Shown piece by piece: positions 44,820-54,696 of a stretch of 64,000 nt of DNA; position 1 is the first letter of the stretch, and each line of letters opens with the position of its first letter. The translations under genes were made by a program, and so were the position numbers. The DNA is from a virus. The stretch is taken from the IMG/VR virus record IMGVR_UViG_3300032893_000017, positions 1-64,000 of that record; one strand, given 5' to 3'. The notes beneath the pieces are model-generated. The model was not told the DNA's origin. It made no database searches and saw only the letters and a program-made list of their open reading frames with translations.

Positions 44820-45073
44820 TTATTTACATCCTTTAATTTCTCAATTTCTTCTTCTTGTTTATCAAGGCACTCGTTACATATTCTTACACTCCAAACTTTT
44901 CCATTTATTTCTCTAAATACATCCCAGCCACTATCATTATCTTTATTGAATAATACATTACAATCAAAACATTTATTTAATTTCCATCTATTAGGTAATT
45001 TTAATTCTTCTGAAGATAAACCATATTTCAAATTATTTATAAACTTAATCAATTTATTATAAATCCTTTTCAT
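44816..45073 (-). CDS. zinc-binding hypothetical protein
   Basis: CFDC...CNEC. Confidence 0.55.
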   Translation of the reverse strand: MKRIYNKLIKFINNLKYGLSSEELKLPNRWKLNKCFDCNVLFNKDNDSGWDVFREINGKVWSVRICNECLDKQEEEIEKLKDVNK

Positions 45074-45225
45074 AATTCCTCCATTTTTATTTTACAGCTT
45101 TCACATATCCCTTCTAAGTATTCATTGTTTTTTAATTCTCTTCCACAACTTTCACATCTTATCTCTTCGTAATTTTTCATGTCTTTCCCTTTTCCCACTT
45201 GTTTATTATTTATTATATAACTTAT

Positions 45226-45543
45226 TTACTTTACTTGTTCTTTTATTTCTCGTTCTAATTTTGCTCTCCTTTCGTCTGTAAGTATATAGGATTCATTTAA
45301 TCTTATTTTACTCATATTCAGCATTCCACATTTATAACATTTTAATTTTGTCTGAGAATCGTCTATTTTTATTTCTTTAAAAAAGATATACTTTTCTGAT
45401 GTGTTTGTCATTATTCTAAAAGGTATTGTATCTATTGTTATTGTATCTAATGCTTTCCATTTGATTCTTAATGAATCTTCCATTGCTAAATCTTTTGTTT
45501 CCCTGCTTATTTTAATTTGAGATGTCTTGCTGATTAAAATCAT
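45226..45543 (-). CDS. hypothetical protein
   Basis: ORF with ATGA overlap. Confidence 0.5.
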   Translation of the reverse strand: MILISKTSQIKISRETKDLAMEDSLRIKWKALDTITIDTIPFRIMTNTSEKYIFFKEIKIDDSQTKLKCYKCGMLNMSKIRLNESYILTDERRAKLEREIKEQVK

Positions 45544-45830
45544 TTCTTTATCCCCTGTTCTTTCTGTATTTCAATGTCTATTTCGGATAAAATCCAATTT
45601 AATTCTTCTAGTTTTTCAGAATTATTACAAAACATAAGACCATCATGATATTTTGATCTTTCTTTAGTATCTTTATTTATTTCCTTTTTTCTATTTTCAA
45701 TTTTTTCTTTTAAATTTTCAAGTGCTGTCATAGTATTATTATATTTATCTTTCCAGTAACAAACATCACATAACCTATCATCCTTGTCTATATTAATAGC
45801 ATAACTTCCACATTTACATACACTCTTCAT
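45540..45830 (-). CDS. conserved phage hypothetical protein (CKCGSYAIN...LCDVCYW)
   Basis: Cys motif common in phage small proteins. Confidence 0.6.
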   Translation of the reverse strand: MKSVCKCGSYAINIDKDDRLCDVCYWKDKYNNTMTALENLKEKIENRKKEINKDTKERSKYHDGLMFCNNSEKLEELNWILSEIDIEIQKEQGIKK

Positions 45831-46080
45831 TTATCTTCCTCCATGATGTTTCTCTTTTTACTATTTCATCTATTTTCTTTTTAACTTCATCTTTATTGAA
45901 AACATTTTCTACTGCTTTTCTCACAGCCTCATCAAAATGCTTTATATCACAGTAATGCTTAAATAGACTATTATCAAAATCCTTATTACATATTTCACAA
46001 ATACCTTTATATCTTGTTAATATTTTGTCTTCTTTTTCTATTCTTTCTATTAGATTATAATAGTCTTTATTTGTCATCAA
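45814..46080 (-). CDS. hypothetical protein
   Basis: ORF with GAGGAGG RBS. Confidence 0.55.
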   Translation of the reverse strand: MMTNKDYYNLIERIEKEDKILTRYKGICEICNKDFDNSLFKHYCDIKHFDEAVRKAVENVFNKDEVKKKIDEIVKRETSWRKINEECM

Positions 46081-46232
46081 TTTTATCCTCCTCTAAAGGA
46101 ATAATTCCTAATATTACTATCTCAATTGATTCGCGTAAATATCTTTCACTAAGAAGTGTTTTTTACATTCTTTTTCTAACCACTTCAATTCTGAAACCGT
46201 TTTTATAGAAGATATAGACAATAATAAACTAT

Positions 46233-46460
46233 TTATCCCTCCAACACCTTCTGAAAAACTTTTCCATATTTATTCCAGTCCGTTTTAGAATTTAACATCA
46301 CATTAGTTATAATTTCTAATCTTACTAAACCATTTATTTCTGCTTCCTTTTGTGTATCATATTGAAAATCATCATATATTCTTTTATCCTTTTCTTCTGT
46401 TGTTATTGCATAACTAAATCTATGTCCGACTTTTATTATTTCTAATTTAATTACTTCCAT
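46233..46460 (-). CDS. hypothetical protein
   Basis: ORF with RBS. Confidence 0.55.
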   Translation of the reverse strand: MEVIKLEIIKVGHRFSYAITTEEKDKRIYDDFQYDTQKEAEINGLVRLEIITNVMLNSKTDWNKYGKVFQKVLEG

Positions 46461-46469
46461 TTTTTATTC

Positions 46470-47423
46470 CTATTTCACTTTATTTATATCTAGCAAAATA
46501 GAAAGCCCTTTGTCTGTTGCACAGTAAATGCTATCACCCAGCATAAATACTTTATTTACTTTATTTGATAATATATCACTATTAAATGTAGTAAAGTTTT
46601 TCCAAATTAAAGCACCTTCTGTTGCTATATATAACCCTGCATTTGTAGCTACACAGATTATATTTCCTGATACATATACTCCATTTATTATCCCTGTCAA
46701 GAAACTATCTGTTGTCAATGATACAGGATTTATTAATGATGTTCTCAATCCTCCATTAGATGCCAGATATATTTTTGTTGCTGTAACAAACATTCCATTC
46801 AATTGATTTTCTATTCCAGAACACGTATAGCTATTCCATGTAGATCCATTATTTGATGAAGTTAATAATCCATTAGCTGTAGCCAGATAAATTATCCCTC
46901 CAGTCACATAAACATCTTTTACTTTCTGAGAAGTAACGTACGTATTATAACTTGTGTAATTATTGCTTGATATTGAAAGTCCGTATTCGCTTGCTACATA
47001 AATCATATTATTGACTGTAAAGACATTATTGCAAGTATATCCATATCCCGAATTCTGAAAGTTATAATTATTCCATGTAACTCCATCGTCAATAGAGATA
47101 CTCACAACATAAAAATTAGCCAAATAAATATTATTTCCTACTGCACTGATTCCACTTATCTTCTTTCCACTTGAACCGTTATTAACAAAAGAACTTATCC
47201 ATGTTTTTCCTTTGTCTTTCGAGATCGAATATCCACTATCTGTAGCAAGATAAATTCTATCCCCTGTAACATCTACAGAATTTACAGAATAACTATTTCC
47301 CAATTCATCTACTGTTGAATAATTTTTCCATAAATTTTCTGTAATAATTTCTTTCTTATTGCTCTCTAATAAAGAACAACAGAATAAAATAAAAATAAAT
47401 AATAAACAAAGTAATTTTTTCAT
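46470..47423 (-). CDS. putative lipoprotein with BNR/Asp-box beta-propeller
   Basis: MKKLLCLLFIFILFCC signal; about seven repeats of IYLAT..GL.IS.D.G.TW. Confidence 0.75.
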   Translation of the reverse strand: MKKLLCLLFIFILFCCSLLESNKKEIITENLWKNYSTVDELGNSYSVNSVDVTGDRIYLATDSGYSISKDKGKTWISSFVNNGSSGKKISGISAVGNNIYLANFYVVSISIDDGVTWNNYNFQNSGYGYTCNNVFTVNNMIYVASEYGLSISSNNYTSYNTYVTSQKVKDVYVTGGIIYLATANGLLTSSNNGSTWNSYTCSGIENQLNGMFVTATKIYLASNGGLRTSLINPVSLTTDSFLTGIINGVYVSGNIICVATNAGLYIATEGALIWKNFTTFNSDILSNKVNKVFMLGDSIYCATDKGLSILLDINKVK

Positions 47424-47536
47424 TTTGCCCTCCTTCTGTATTTCAATTTATAAGCCAAATGTGCTATACCGCTTGCAGTCATCATTACTGCAAACATAAT
47501 AGCTAAATGAATCAAAAAGCTTTTCATGTTACCTCC

Positions 47537-48340
47537 TTATATCTCAGTATTATCTTTTTTATATATTATCTTTCCATAACTAGAATCCTTAAATGGATTA
47601 TAATATCTTTTATGTTTATCTTCTATTTTAAATAATCCAAAATGCAAATGAGTGCCAGGTTTCCCTAATACAAAACCTGTATTGCCTACAATTCCTATTA
47701 TCCCACCTCTTGCAGTTGCCTGCTTTTCTTTTATCAATATCTTTTTTAAATGCCCATAATAGCTATAAAAATATTTATGTTGAATTATAATATAATTTCC
47801 TTCATAACTATCATATCCAGTCTTTATTACTATTCCATCTTGGCAAGCATGTACTTTTTCATCTTTTGAATTTTCTTTCACATAAGCATCTACTCCCAAA
47901 TGGAAATCTAATTTCCTTCTTATCCATCTATACCCAAATTCACTTGTTATTATTGCATTATTAACTGGAAAAGAATAATCAAAAGTAAAAGTATATTTAC
48001 CTGGACTATGCTCTTTTCTCATATACTCATAATACAGATCTCCCCAGCTATCTGGTAGTTCTATCTCTTCACTTTGCTCATACTGTGCTAAAGCAAATAA
48101 TGTTCTTTCTTTTATTCCAAACCAATTTGCATATTGATCTACTTTTAACTCTATTTTACTTATCTTCTGTTCTATCTTATTTACTTTTTTTAAATTCTCT
48201 TTTAAACATATATTCTGATATTTTAATTTCTCATTTTGTATCTTTATTATAAACCAATCAATAACAAATAAAAATAGCATTATCATCACACATAAAATAA
48301 ATACCTCTTTTTCTTTAGAAATACATTTAAATTTTTTCAC
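47537..48340 (-). CDS. membrane-anchored M23 family peptidase (peptidoglycan hydrolase)
   Basis: ITSEFG.R...FHLGVD...YGHL...GNTG...HLHF; N-terminal TM helix; GTG start after AAAGGAGG. Confidence 0.85.
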   Translation of the reverse strand: MKKFKCISKEKEVFILCVMIMLFLFVIDWFIIKIQNEKLKYQNICLKENLKKVNKIEQKISKIELKVDQYANWFGIKERTLFALAQYEQSEEIELPDSWGDLYYEYMRKEHSPGKYTFTFDYSFPVNNAIITSEFGYRWIRRKLDFHLGVDAYVKENSKDEKVHACQDGIVIKTGYDSYEGNYIIIQHKYFYSYYGHLKKILIKEKQATARGGIIGIVGNTGFVLGKPGTHLHFGLFKIEDKHKRYYNPFKDSSYGKIIYKKDNTEI

Positions 48341-48353
48341 GTTTATCCTCCTT

Positions 48354-48803
48354 TCAAAATCTATATTTTTTGAAAGTTTCATTGTCACATGGTACTAATT
48401 CCCTAATTATCTCTTCTTTTGTAATCTTTGCACCATAATTAAGAGTATAATCTATGTCTTCAGATATTGAAAAATAAATAGCCCAATCTTGTATTCCTCC
48501 TTTTCTAGCTATCCAAAATATTTCTTGTATAGAGCATAATTCACTTATATATTTCTTTCCTGAACAAAGTATAGCATAAGGTTTAATATAAGAAAATTCC
48601 TTTAATGTAAGAATATCATTATGTATCCCTTTTAATTGTGATTCCAATTCCTGTATTAACTTAATATTTTCTAAAAAATGTTTCTTGGCTTGTTCTATGT
48701 CTTTATTTTCTTCGTTATGAGATGCTAATATTATAGATGTTAAAATTGTATATCCACAAATACTGTTCTGTTTTATTTCATTTATTATTTTTTTCATTGT
48801 CAT
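48354..48803 (-). CDS. hypothetical protein
   Basis: WIARKGGIQDWAIY motif; RBS. Confidence 0.55.
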   Translation of the reverse strand: MTMKKIINEIKQNSICGYTILTSIILASHNEENKDIEQAKKHFLENIKLIQELESQLKGIHNDILTLKEFSYIKPYAILCSGKKYISELCSIQEIFWIARKGGIQDWAIYFSISEDIDYTLNYGAKITKEEIIRELVPCDNETFKKYRF

Positions 48804-49057
48804 TCACTTCCTCCATCTAATAACTTTTTCTCTTTTTCTTTTATCTCTATTTCAGATTCTTCTAACTTTAAAAAAATATCTCTTGATTCTTCTAAAAGCT
48901 TTTTTGTTTTTCTTGGAAGTCTTTCTAATTTTGTTGTTGCTTTGTGTATCTGCTGACATTCTAAATTTTGACAAGTTTCTACGTCTGTAAATAAGGTAAT
49001 GAAAGGTTTTTCACAGACTTTGCATATTCTTTTGAATAGTTTTCTTTTCATATTCAT
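48800..49057 (-). CDS. zinc-binding hypothetical protein
   Basis: CKVCEKPF...C...C. Confidence 0.5.
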   Translation of the reverse strand: MNMKRKLFKRICKVCEKPFITLFTDVETCQNLECQQIHKATTKLERLPRKTKKLLEESRDIFLKLEESEIEIKEKEKKLLDGGSE

Positions 49058-49066
49058 TACTACTAA

Positions 49067-49339
49067 TTATATTATATTTTTTGTTTCTTTTAAATCATTA
49101 TTTTTATCGTTTTCTTCTTTGCACTTACACCAATAGGTTTTGTTATTTATATTTATCAATTTCACATCCTCTTTTTTACCATCAAAAGGCTTTCCACAAA
49201 TAACACATCTATATTCATTTATATTAATTTCCTCTTCTTTAAATAAATCACTTCCACAAAGTAAACAAGTTCTTCTTTTTGTTGAAGAACTATAATAAAA
49301 ACAATTACCACTACAATTTATACAAACAATTATCTTCAT
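49067..49339 (-). CDS. Cys-rich hypothetical protein
   Basis: Multiple CxxC motifs. Confidence 0.5.
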   Translation of the reverse strand: MKIIVCINCSGNCFYYSSSTKRRTCLLCGSDLFKEEEININEYRCVICGKPFDGKKEDVKLININNKTYWCKCKEENDKNNDLKETKNII

Positions 49340-49635
49340 ATCTTTTTAACTAAGTAGAAATGAAAAATTAAACTGTCATCCATAAAACTTAATGTATTTA
49401 AGTATTCTAATTTATCATATTCATCATCATATATTGAATCTCCTGTTCTGACTATTCTAAATTCTACAATATCAAAAGTATTAGTCTTAGTTAAATCAAC
49501 TTCATACCAAACACAAACAGTATCTTTCTGCATTCCTATTTTTAGAATTTTAATAAATCCATACATATTTAAATAAACATAATCTCGAACTTCACTTATA
49601 TTATCAAATATAATTTGTTTATGAACTGATTTCAT
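49336..49635 (-). CDS. conserved phage hypothetical protein
   Basis: ILKIGMQ...CVWYEVD...IVRTG...YLNT...FHFY pattern. Confidence 0.6.
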   Translation of the reverse strand: MKSVHKQIIFDNISEVRDYVYLNMYGFIKILKIGMQKDTVCVWYEVDLTKTNTFDIVEFRIVRTGDSIYDDEYDKLEYLNTLSFMDDSLIFHFYLVKKI

Positions 49636-50060
49636 TTTATATCTCCTTTTTCTATAAAAATAAGTAATTTTATTAAAATATCTAATTGTTTATTTCGTAT
49701 CATCCCTTCATTTGATATAGCTTCCATACGTATAGGTAAAGGTTTTCCTTTAATATCATCAATAAAAATTTTTATTTTTTCAATAATTTTTAATTTTACA
49801 AATTCTTTTTCTTGTTCTACTGCTAATTCATATAAATCTATTTTATCTGTTACATCTTGGGTATCATATCCTATTTCATAACTTTGATTATCTCTTAATA
49901 TATGTCCTCTTGCTTCTTCTAATTTAGTCTTTATTCTTTCTTCTACCACATAACCTTTATCTTTTAATATTTTCATTACTTCTTCTTCTTTATAACTTAT
50001 TCTGCCAGGATGAATTATTGCCTCACTGATATCTTTAACTATTTGATTTGTTATTATCAT
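49632..50060 (-). CDS. hypothetical protein
   Basis: ORF with AAGGAG RBS. Confidence 0.55.
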   Translation of the reverse strand: MIITNQIVKDISEAIIHPGRISYKEEEVMKILKDKGYVVEERIKTKLEEARGHILRDNQSYEIGYDTQDVTDKIDLYELAVEQEKEFVKLKIIEKIKIFIDDIKGKPLPIRMEAISNEGMIRNKQLDILIKLLIFIEKGDIK

Positions 50061-50201
50061 TTGCTATCTCCTTTAATGCTTCTTTTAAAGTTTTTCTATT
50101 TACTCCAACATATTCTATATCACATATTGAATAGGAATATTTTTTTATTCCATCTATTAATCCTTGTCTATATCCTTTTTCATATTCACTTTTAATTTCC
50201 A

Positions 50202-50645
50202 TTATTCAACTCCTTGACTTATTTGTTGGTCTAAAATAGCATCATAATCCAAGTCTCCATTTTTATTTTCTATCTTTCCTGTTTCAATACTTTTAATCTT
50301 AAAATTATTTTCTTTCTCTTCCTTAAATACCTCTACTTGTTCTTTTGGTCTTTGTATTACAGGAATCTCTCCACCTAAGGAACTTCCAATAATTGTTATA
50401 TTCTTACCTGCATGTATCTTTAATAATCCAAATAGTTCTTTTTCCAAATTACTAAATTCTTCTCTACATGCCTGCTTTTCTTTTTCTTTATATACTTTAT
50501 AGATATTCATTATTCTTTCTGTTCTGTCAAACTTGTTTATTCTTTTTAATATCTCATAAAGTTCTTTTTCTTGTTTATTTTTTAAATCAAAACTAAGAAA
50601 TACTTTTCTTCTAATTATTTTTTTCTTTTCCAATTTTTTATCCAA
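50202..50645 (-). CDS. putative ParR-like adaptor
   Basis: Basic beta-strand/helix N-terminus (VFLSFDL...ELYEIL) and disordered acidic tail, downstream of ParM-like gene. Confidence 0.4.
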   Translation of the reverse strand: MDKKLEKKKIIRRKVFLSFDLKNKQEKELYEILKRINKFDRTERIMNIYKVYKEKEKQACREEFSNLEKELFGLLKIHAGKNITIIGSSLGGEIPVIQRPKEQVEVFKEEKENNFKIKSIETGKIENKNGDLDYDAILDQQISQGVE

Positions 50646-50958
50646 AATATTTCTTAATATTTAATAATTTATTTTTTAGAGTAACTACTTTTAATTCTAA
50701 TTGATCTCCGGAATCTTTATACACTTCTTTCAATATCATTTCACTTTTATTTTTAGCATCTAATATCTCTGTATCTGACATCTTTTTCATCTCTTCTGGA
50801 CTTTTATAAAATGCTCCTAACATCATTCCAGTTATAGATAGCATTCTAAACTTTCTAGCTGATTCAATACCTTCCAAACCTTCCATCAACAAATCAAAAT
50901 CTTCTTTAGTAAAATTTAAATCACCTGCCATATTAAAGTCCTTTTTTATTCCATACAA
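50638..50958 (-). CDS. hypothetical protein
   Basis: ORF in the ParM operon. Confidence 0.55.
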   Translation of the reverse strand: MYGIKKDFNMAGDLNFTKEDFDLLMEGLEGIESARKFRMLSITGMMLGAFYKSPEEMKKMSDTEILDAKNKSEMILKEVYKDSGDQLELKVVTLKNKLLNIKKYFG

Positions 50959-51982
50959 ACTTTCTCATAAGCAATTTTATTATTCCTCTAGCATTACTAA
51001 AAACTGGATCCTCAATTACTTCTAGAGTAGAAAAAAGCTTTTTCATTGTTTCTCCAAACAAATAAGTTCCACCACCTGTATACAAAATCTTATCAGGAGT
51101 ATAATCTCCAAAATCTTCCATTATCTTATTTTTCAAATTCTCTAATATCTTTACCAAGGCATCTTGAACAAGATAACTTAAATCTATATTCACTCCATTC
51201 TTATTTATTGATTTATTGTGCTGGATTATATCTTCTATCTCTAAAGTTGTTTTTTTTATATTGTATTGTCTATATAATTGCTCTTTAACATATTTATAGA
51301 ATTTTTCTGTTCCTACTTCATAAGCATAGTTCTTAAGAATTCCTAATTGATTTATCAATAATGTATTTGTTGTCTTTCTCCCTGTTCCAACAATTAAGTA
51401 TTGCAATTTTACTTTCTCTTTAATGATATCAAACTTATTGTCTATACAGCTATCCATTAGTGATACCCACTCTTGGTACCATATACCTACTTTTACTATT
51501 TCAAATTTCTTTGTTGAAACTATTTTTCCAGCAGTATTATAAAAATCAACTGTCCATTTCTTTTTAAGTATATTTCTTATTTCTTCTTCTTTATGTATAT
51601 TATCTGCTGTTAGATCTAACCCTACTATTATTTCTTCATTCTCGTCTTTAACAAATCTAGCAACAGAAATTAAAGTATAATTTATACTATGCTCCAGATA
51701 TACTTCATCTACAGTAGCATATTGAATTTCTTCTGGAGGAAATAATTTATCACAACTTTCTCCATAAGCAATTGGTCTTCCTTTATTTATTGCTGCTATT
51801 ATATCATCGTCTTTTATCCAATTTAATGTTGGTGAATATTTTAAGTATCTAAAATCCACATTTGCATATTTAGCATCAAATCTTTTTCTTTCTAATTTAT
51901 CATTCAAATTTTTGCTCTTACAATTCTCATTATAATAAATAGATTTTATTCCATCTCGACCACAGTCTACAGCAATTAACAT
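50933..51982 (-). CDS. ParM/StbA-family actin-like ATPase
   Basis: IAVDCGRDGIK (phosphate 1), IVGTGRKTTN (phosphate 2 variant), LYTGGGT (adenosine), DPVFSNARG. Confidence 0.8.
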   Translation of the reverse strand: MLIAVDCGRDGIKSIYYNENCKSKNLNDKLERKRFDAKYANVDFRYLKYSPTLNWIKDDDIIAAINKGRPIAYGESCDKLFPPEEIQYATVDEVYLEHSINYTLISVARFVKDENEEIIVGLDLTADNIHKEEEIRNILKKKWTVDFYNTAGKIVSTKKFEIVKVGIWYQEWVSLMDSCIDNKFDIIKEKVKLQYLIVGTGRKTTNTLLINQLGILKNYAYEVGTEKFYKYVKEQLYRQYNIKKTTLEIEDIIQHNKSINKNGVNIDLSYLVQDALVKILENLKNKIMEDFGDYTPDKILYTGGGTYLFGETMKKLFSTLEVIEDPVFSNARGIIKLLMRKFVWNKKGL

Positions 51983-52257
51983 TTTCTTTCTCTCCTTATC
52001 TTAACTAACAAATCAATATTGTTTCCACAATTATCACATTCAATTTGTTTATCTAATTTATCCTTATCTAGTAAATTTCCTATCTCAGTATAGGATAAAT
52101 CCAAAATTACTTTATGATTTTCTGTTTTCTCAAAAAGTCTACATTCTTTCTGTGTAAGTAAACTACATGCTTTTCCACAAATAGTGCTTTCAATATTTGT
52201 GCAAATTCCATTTATTTCTTTTTCCCATTTACAATCATAGGATTTCATTTTAGCCAT
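51976..52257 (-). CDS. Cys-rich hypothetical protein
   Basis: Multiple Cys; AGGAG RBS. Confidence 0.55.
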   Translation of the reverse strand: MAKMKSYDCKWEKEINGICTNIESTICGKACSLLTQKECRLFEKTENHKVILDLSYTEIGNLLDKDKLDKQIECDNCGNNIDLLVKIRRERKC

Positions 52258-52274
52258 TTTATTCTCCTATTTAT

Positions 52275-52709
52275 TTAAAATAAAATCTTTTTTAATTTAT
52301 CTTCTATCTTCGGAAAAGTTTTTAATATTAAATCTTTATATTCTTTGCTTGTTTCTTTTAGTTTATTTTTCATAATAAGTTCAACATCATTTTTATATTT
52401 TTCTGGAACTTTAAAGCTGAATGTACAATAAGTAGAATCAAAATCATCATCTATTCTACTTATACAATTTTCTTGATTCTCAATCTCATTTGCTTGACAT
52501 GCAGGACAATCACATTCTGCTTTTGCTGCTTCCCAGCATTCTCTATTCCCACCACCCATTCTACTATAAACTTTAATTGTCTTTTCATCTTCACTCACAA
52601 AACAATCTCTGAATCTTGGAAAACTATCAGGGTGATTTTCAAATAATGTAGGATAAATTAAAAATGTAGCTATATTAGCTCCAAAAAGCATATTATACAT
52701 ATTTCCCAT
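52275..52709 (-). CDS. conserved phage hypothetical protein
   Basis: MYNMLFG...PRFRD...VYSRMGGGNRE...DDDFDSTY pattern. Confidence 0.65.
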   Translation of the reverse strand: MGNMYNMLFGANIATFLIYPTLFENHPDSFPRFRDCFVSEDEKTIKVYSRMGGGNRECWEAAKAECDCPACQANEIENQENCISRIDDDFDSTYCTFSFKVPEKYKNDVELIMKNKLKETSKEYKDLILKTFPKIEDKLKKILF

Positions 52710-52724
52710 TTTTATTCTCCTATT

Positions 52725-52758
52725 TAATTATATAACCTTTATTAACAATTTGTAACAA
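52725..52758 (-). promoter_or_regulatory. promoter motif TTGTTACAAA-N14-TATATAATTA
   Basis: Identical boxes and spacing at 61976-62009. Confidence 0.7.
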
Positions 52759-52764
52759 GAAATT

Positions 52765-54696
52765 TTAATTATTATCAAGTCCATGGATATTTTTGTAAAC
52801 ATCCTCCAATAAATCCTCATTAAAATTCTTCTCTGTATTATGTATAACTCCAGGGATTCTATCACTTATTGTATTAATCAATTTCTGGAATCCAATAAGG
52901 GAATAATTACAAGCATGTAAATAATGATCTGCTCCTGTCTTTCCTACTATTTCATATATTGCACCTGTAGTTTCATCTTCAAACTTTTCTATAACAATAT
53001 TGCTTCCATGCTTTATGAATTCTTCTATTTCTGGATCTAGTCTGGGTAATTCGAATCTCCTCTCTGCAAATTCTTGCAATACTGTTTTTATTGTTGATAG
53101 TCTGCTTACAGTTACTACTCTTGCAGCCTCATTCCATTTTGGTATTATCAATTTCATTTTTCTTCTTTGCTTTTCATTCTCTCCTGTATCATAAAAACAT
53201 CCATAACTCTTTGTTGGAAACCTTCTAGCTAAATAACTATTTCTATCTATTCCTATTCCATTAGCATCATTTATAATTATCTTAGCATTAAAAAATTCTG
53301 CTATCTGTTCCACTCTTTTTACATGATCTGTTTGGATACCTGGAAACCCATAAAGCTTTAATGAGGAGGAATCTATTCTTTCTATATAAAATATTTTTGC
53401 TTTATTCCTGTCTGTAAAACTTCTGCACATACAAACAACCCAACTAACAACACCCCAATCCACTCCTATACTAACATTTCTCATTCCACCTATTTTCTGA
53501 TATTGATTAACAAAAGATAAATCTATACATTGTTCAAATATGTCTCTGCTTACTTCTGAATCCTTTGTAACATAAGCAACTCCGACTACCTCATTGAAGA
53601 ATTGATTTATAAATCTAAATGTATGATATTTATAAGTTATCTCTTTCCCTGTTTTCCAGGGAAGCATAAAATATGAAACTCTATAAGAACTTTTTATGGG
53701 TATTAAACTTTCTTTTCTTGCTATCCATCTAGAGGATTTTAAATAATGTTCACTTACTTTATTTATATAAGTCCCACAGTGTTTGCAACCTATATATACT
53801 TTATCCAATTTTTTATTGTAGTTCTCTGTTCCTATATCATTTGGACTACTTATCTCAAAGAAATTAATAAGATTATCTGGAAATGTCATTATTTGTTCTC
53901 TTTTACATTTTGGACAAGTTATATGCCATTCAAATTGACATCCTCTATTAAACATCAAATCAATTCCACTTCCTGGAAACTTTGGAGTAGATATTCTTGT
54001 TCTCCTACCCATTTCACTATGCGAAGTTGATTCTGAAAATATTTCTTCTATTTGTGGATTCTGTGTTTCATATTCATCAAAAGTTAATTTATCTGAACTA
54101 GGTCCTCTTCCTTGATAGTCTGTCCAGCTAGAATCTATTGTATAAAAACTTCCATTTTTAAATTCCTTAGATCTTAAATTAAAAGGTCTAACTACATTCT
54201 CTACAATTTTTGGGCTTTGTTCTATTGCTGGACTTATTTTTTCTTTTGATATTTGATTTGCTAATCCTGCTGTTGGAAATATATGTCTGATATTTGTAAA
54301 TGGTCTACTTACACAAAGATATATATTTTCATTTATCTCGGATTCTGTAAATTCGCTCTGTCTGCATTTTATACACGTCTTCTCTTTTGCAACATCATTT
54401 ATATATTGTCTCAAATAAACTCTTGGAGCTTTTTTTAATTTTTCGTCTTTCTCTCCAAGCATCATTGCTACTTGAGCATCTTCATAACTAAATGGTCTTC
54501 CTTGTATTATTCTATTTTCACTTATCCATTTTTGAACATCGCTTATTCCCTTTTTAAAATTAAGATAAAAAGAAATTTGCTTTCTCATGCTATCAAAGAT
54601 TTCGTATTCAGCTTCTTTTGTTTTATTTTCATATTCTAAAAGTCCCTGAATATCTGAAATTACTTTAGATACTTGATTCTTAGATATTTCTTTCAT
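52765..54696 (-). CDS. terminase large subunit (GpA-like)
   Basis: IKCRQSEFTE (Walker A variant), LTFDEYE (Walker B), ISTP, CPKC zinc ribbon, IGVDWG, ADHYLHA. Confidence 0.9.
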   Translation of the reverse strand: MKEISKNQVSKVISDIQGLLEYENKTKEAEYEIFDSMRKQISFYLNFKKGISDVQKWISENRIIQGRPFSYEDAQVAMMLGEKDEKLKKAPRVYLRQYINDVAKEKTCIKCRQSEFTESEINENIYLCVSRPFTNIRHIFPTAGLANQISKEKISPAIEQSPKIVENVVRPFNLRSKEFKNGSFYTIDSSWTDYQGRGPSSDKLTFDEYETQNPQIEEIFSESTSHSEMGRRTRISTPKFPGSGIDLMFNRGCQFEWHITCPKCKREQIMTFPDNLINFFEISSPNDIGTENYNKKLDKVYIGCKHCGTYINKVSEHYLKSSRWIARKESLIPIKSSYRVSYFMLPWKTGKEITYKYHTFRFINQFFNEVVGVAYVTKDSEVSRDIFEQCIDLSFVNQYQKIGGMRNVSIGVDWGVVSWVVCMCRSFTDRNKAKIFYIERIDSSSLKLYGFPGIQTDHVKRVEQIAEFFNAKIIINDANGIGIDRNSYLARRFPTKSYGCFYDTGENEKQRRKMKLIIPKWNEAARVVTVSRLSTIKTVLQEFAERRFELPRLDPEIEEFIKHGSNIVIEKFEDETTGAIYEIVGKTGADHYLHACNYSLIGFQKLINTISDRIPGVIHNTEKNFNEDLLEDVYKNIHGLDNN

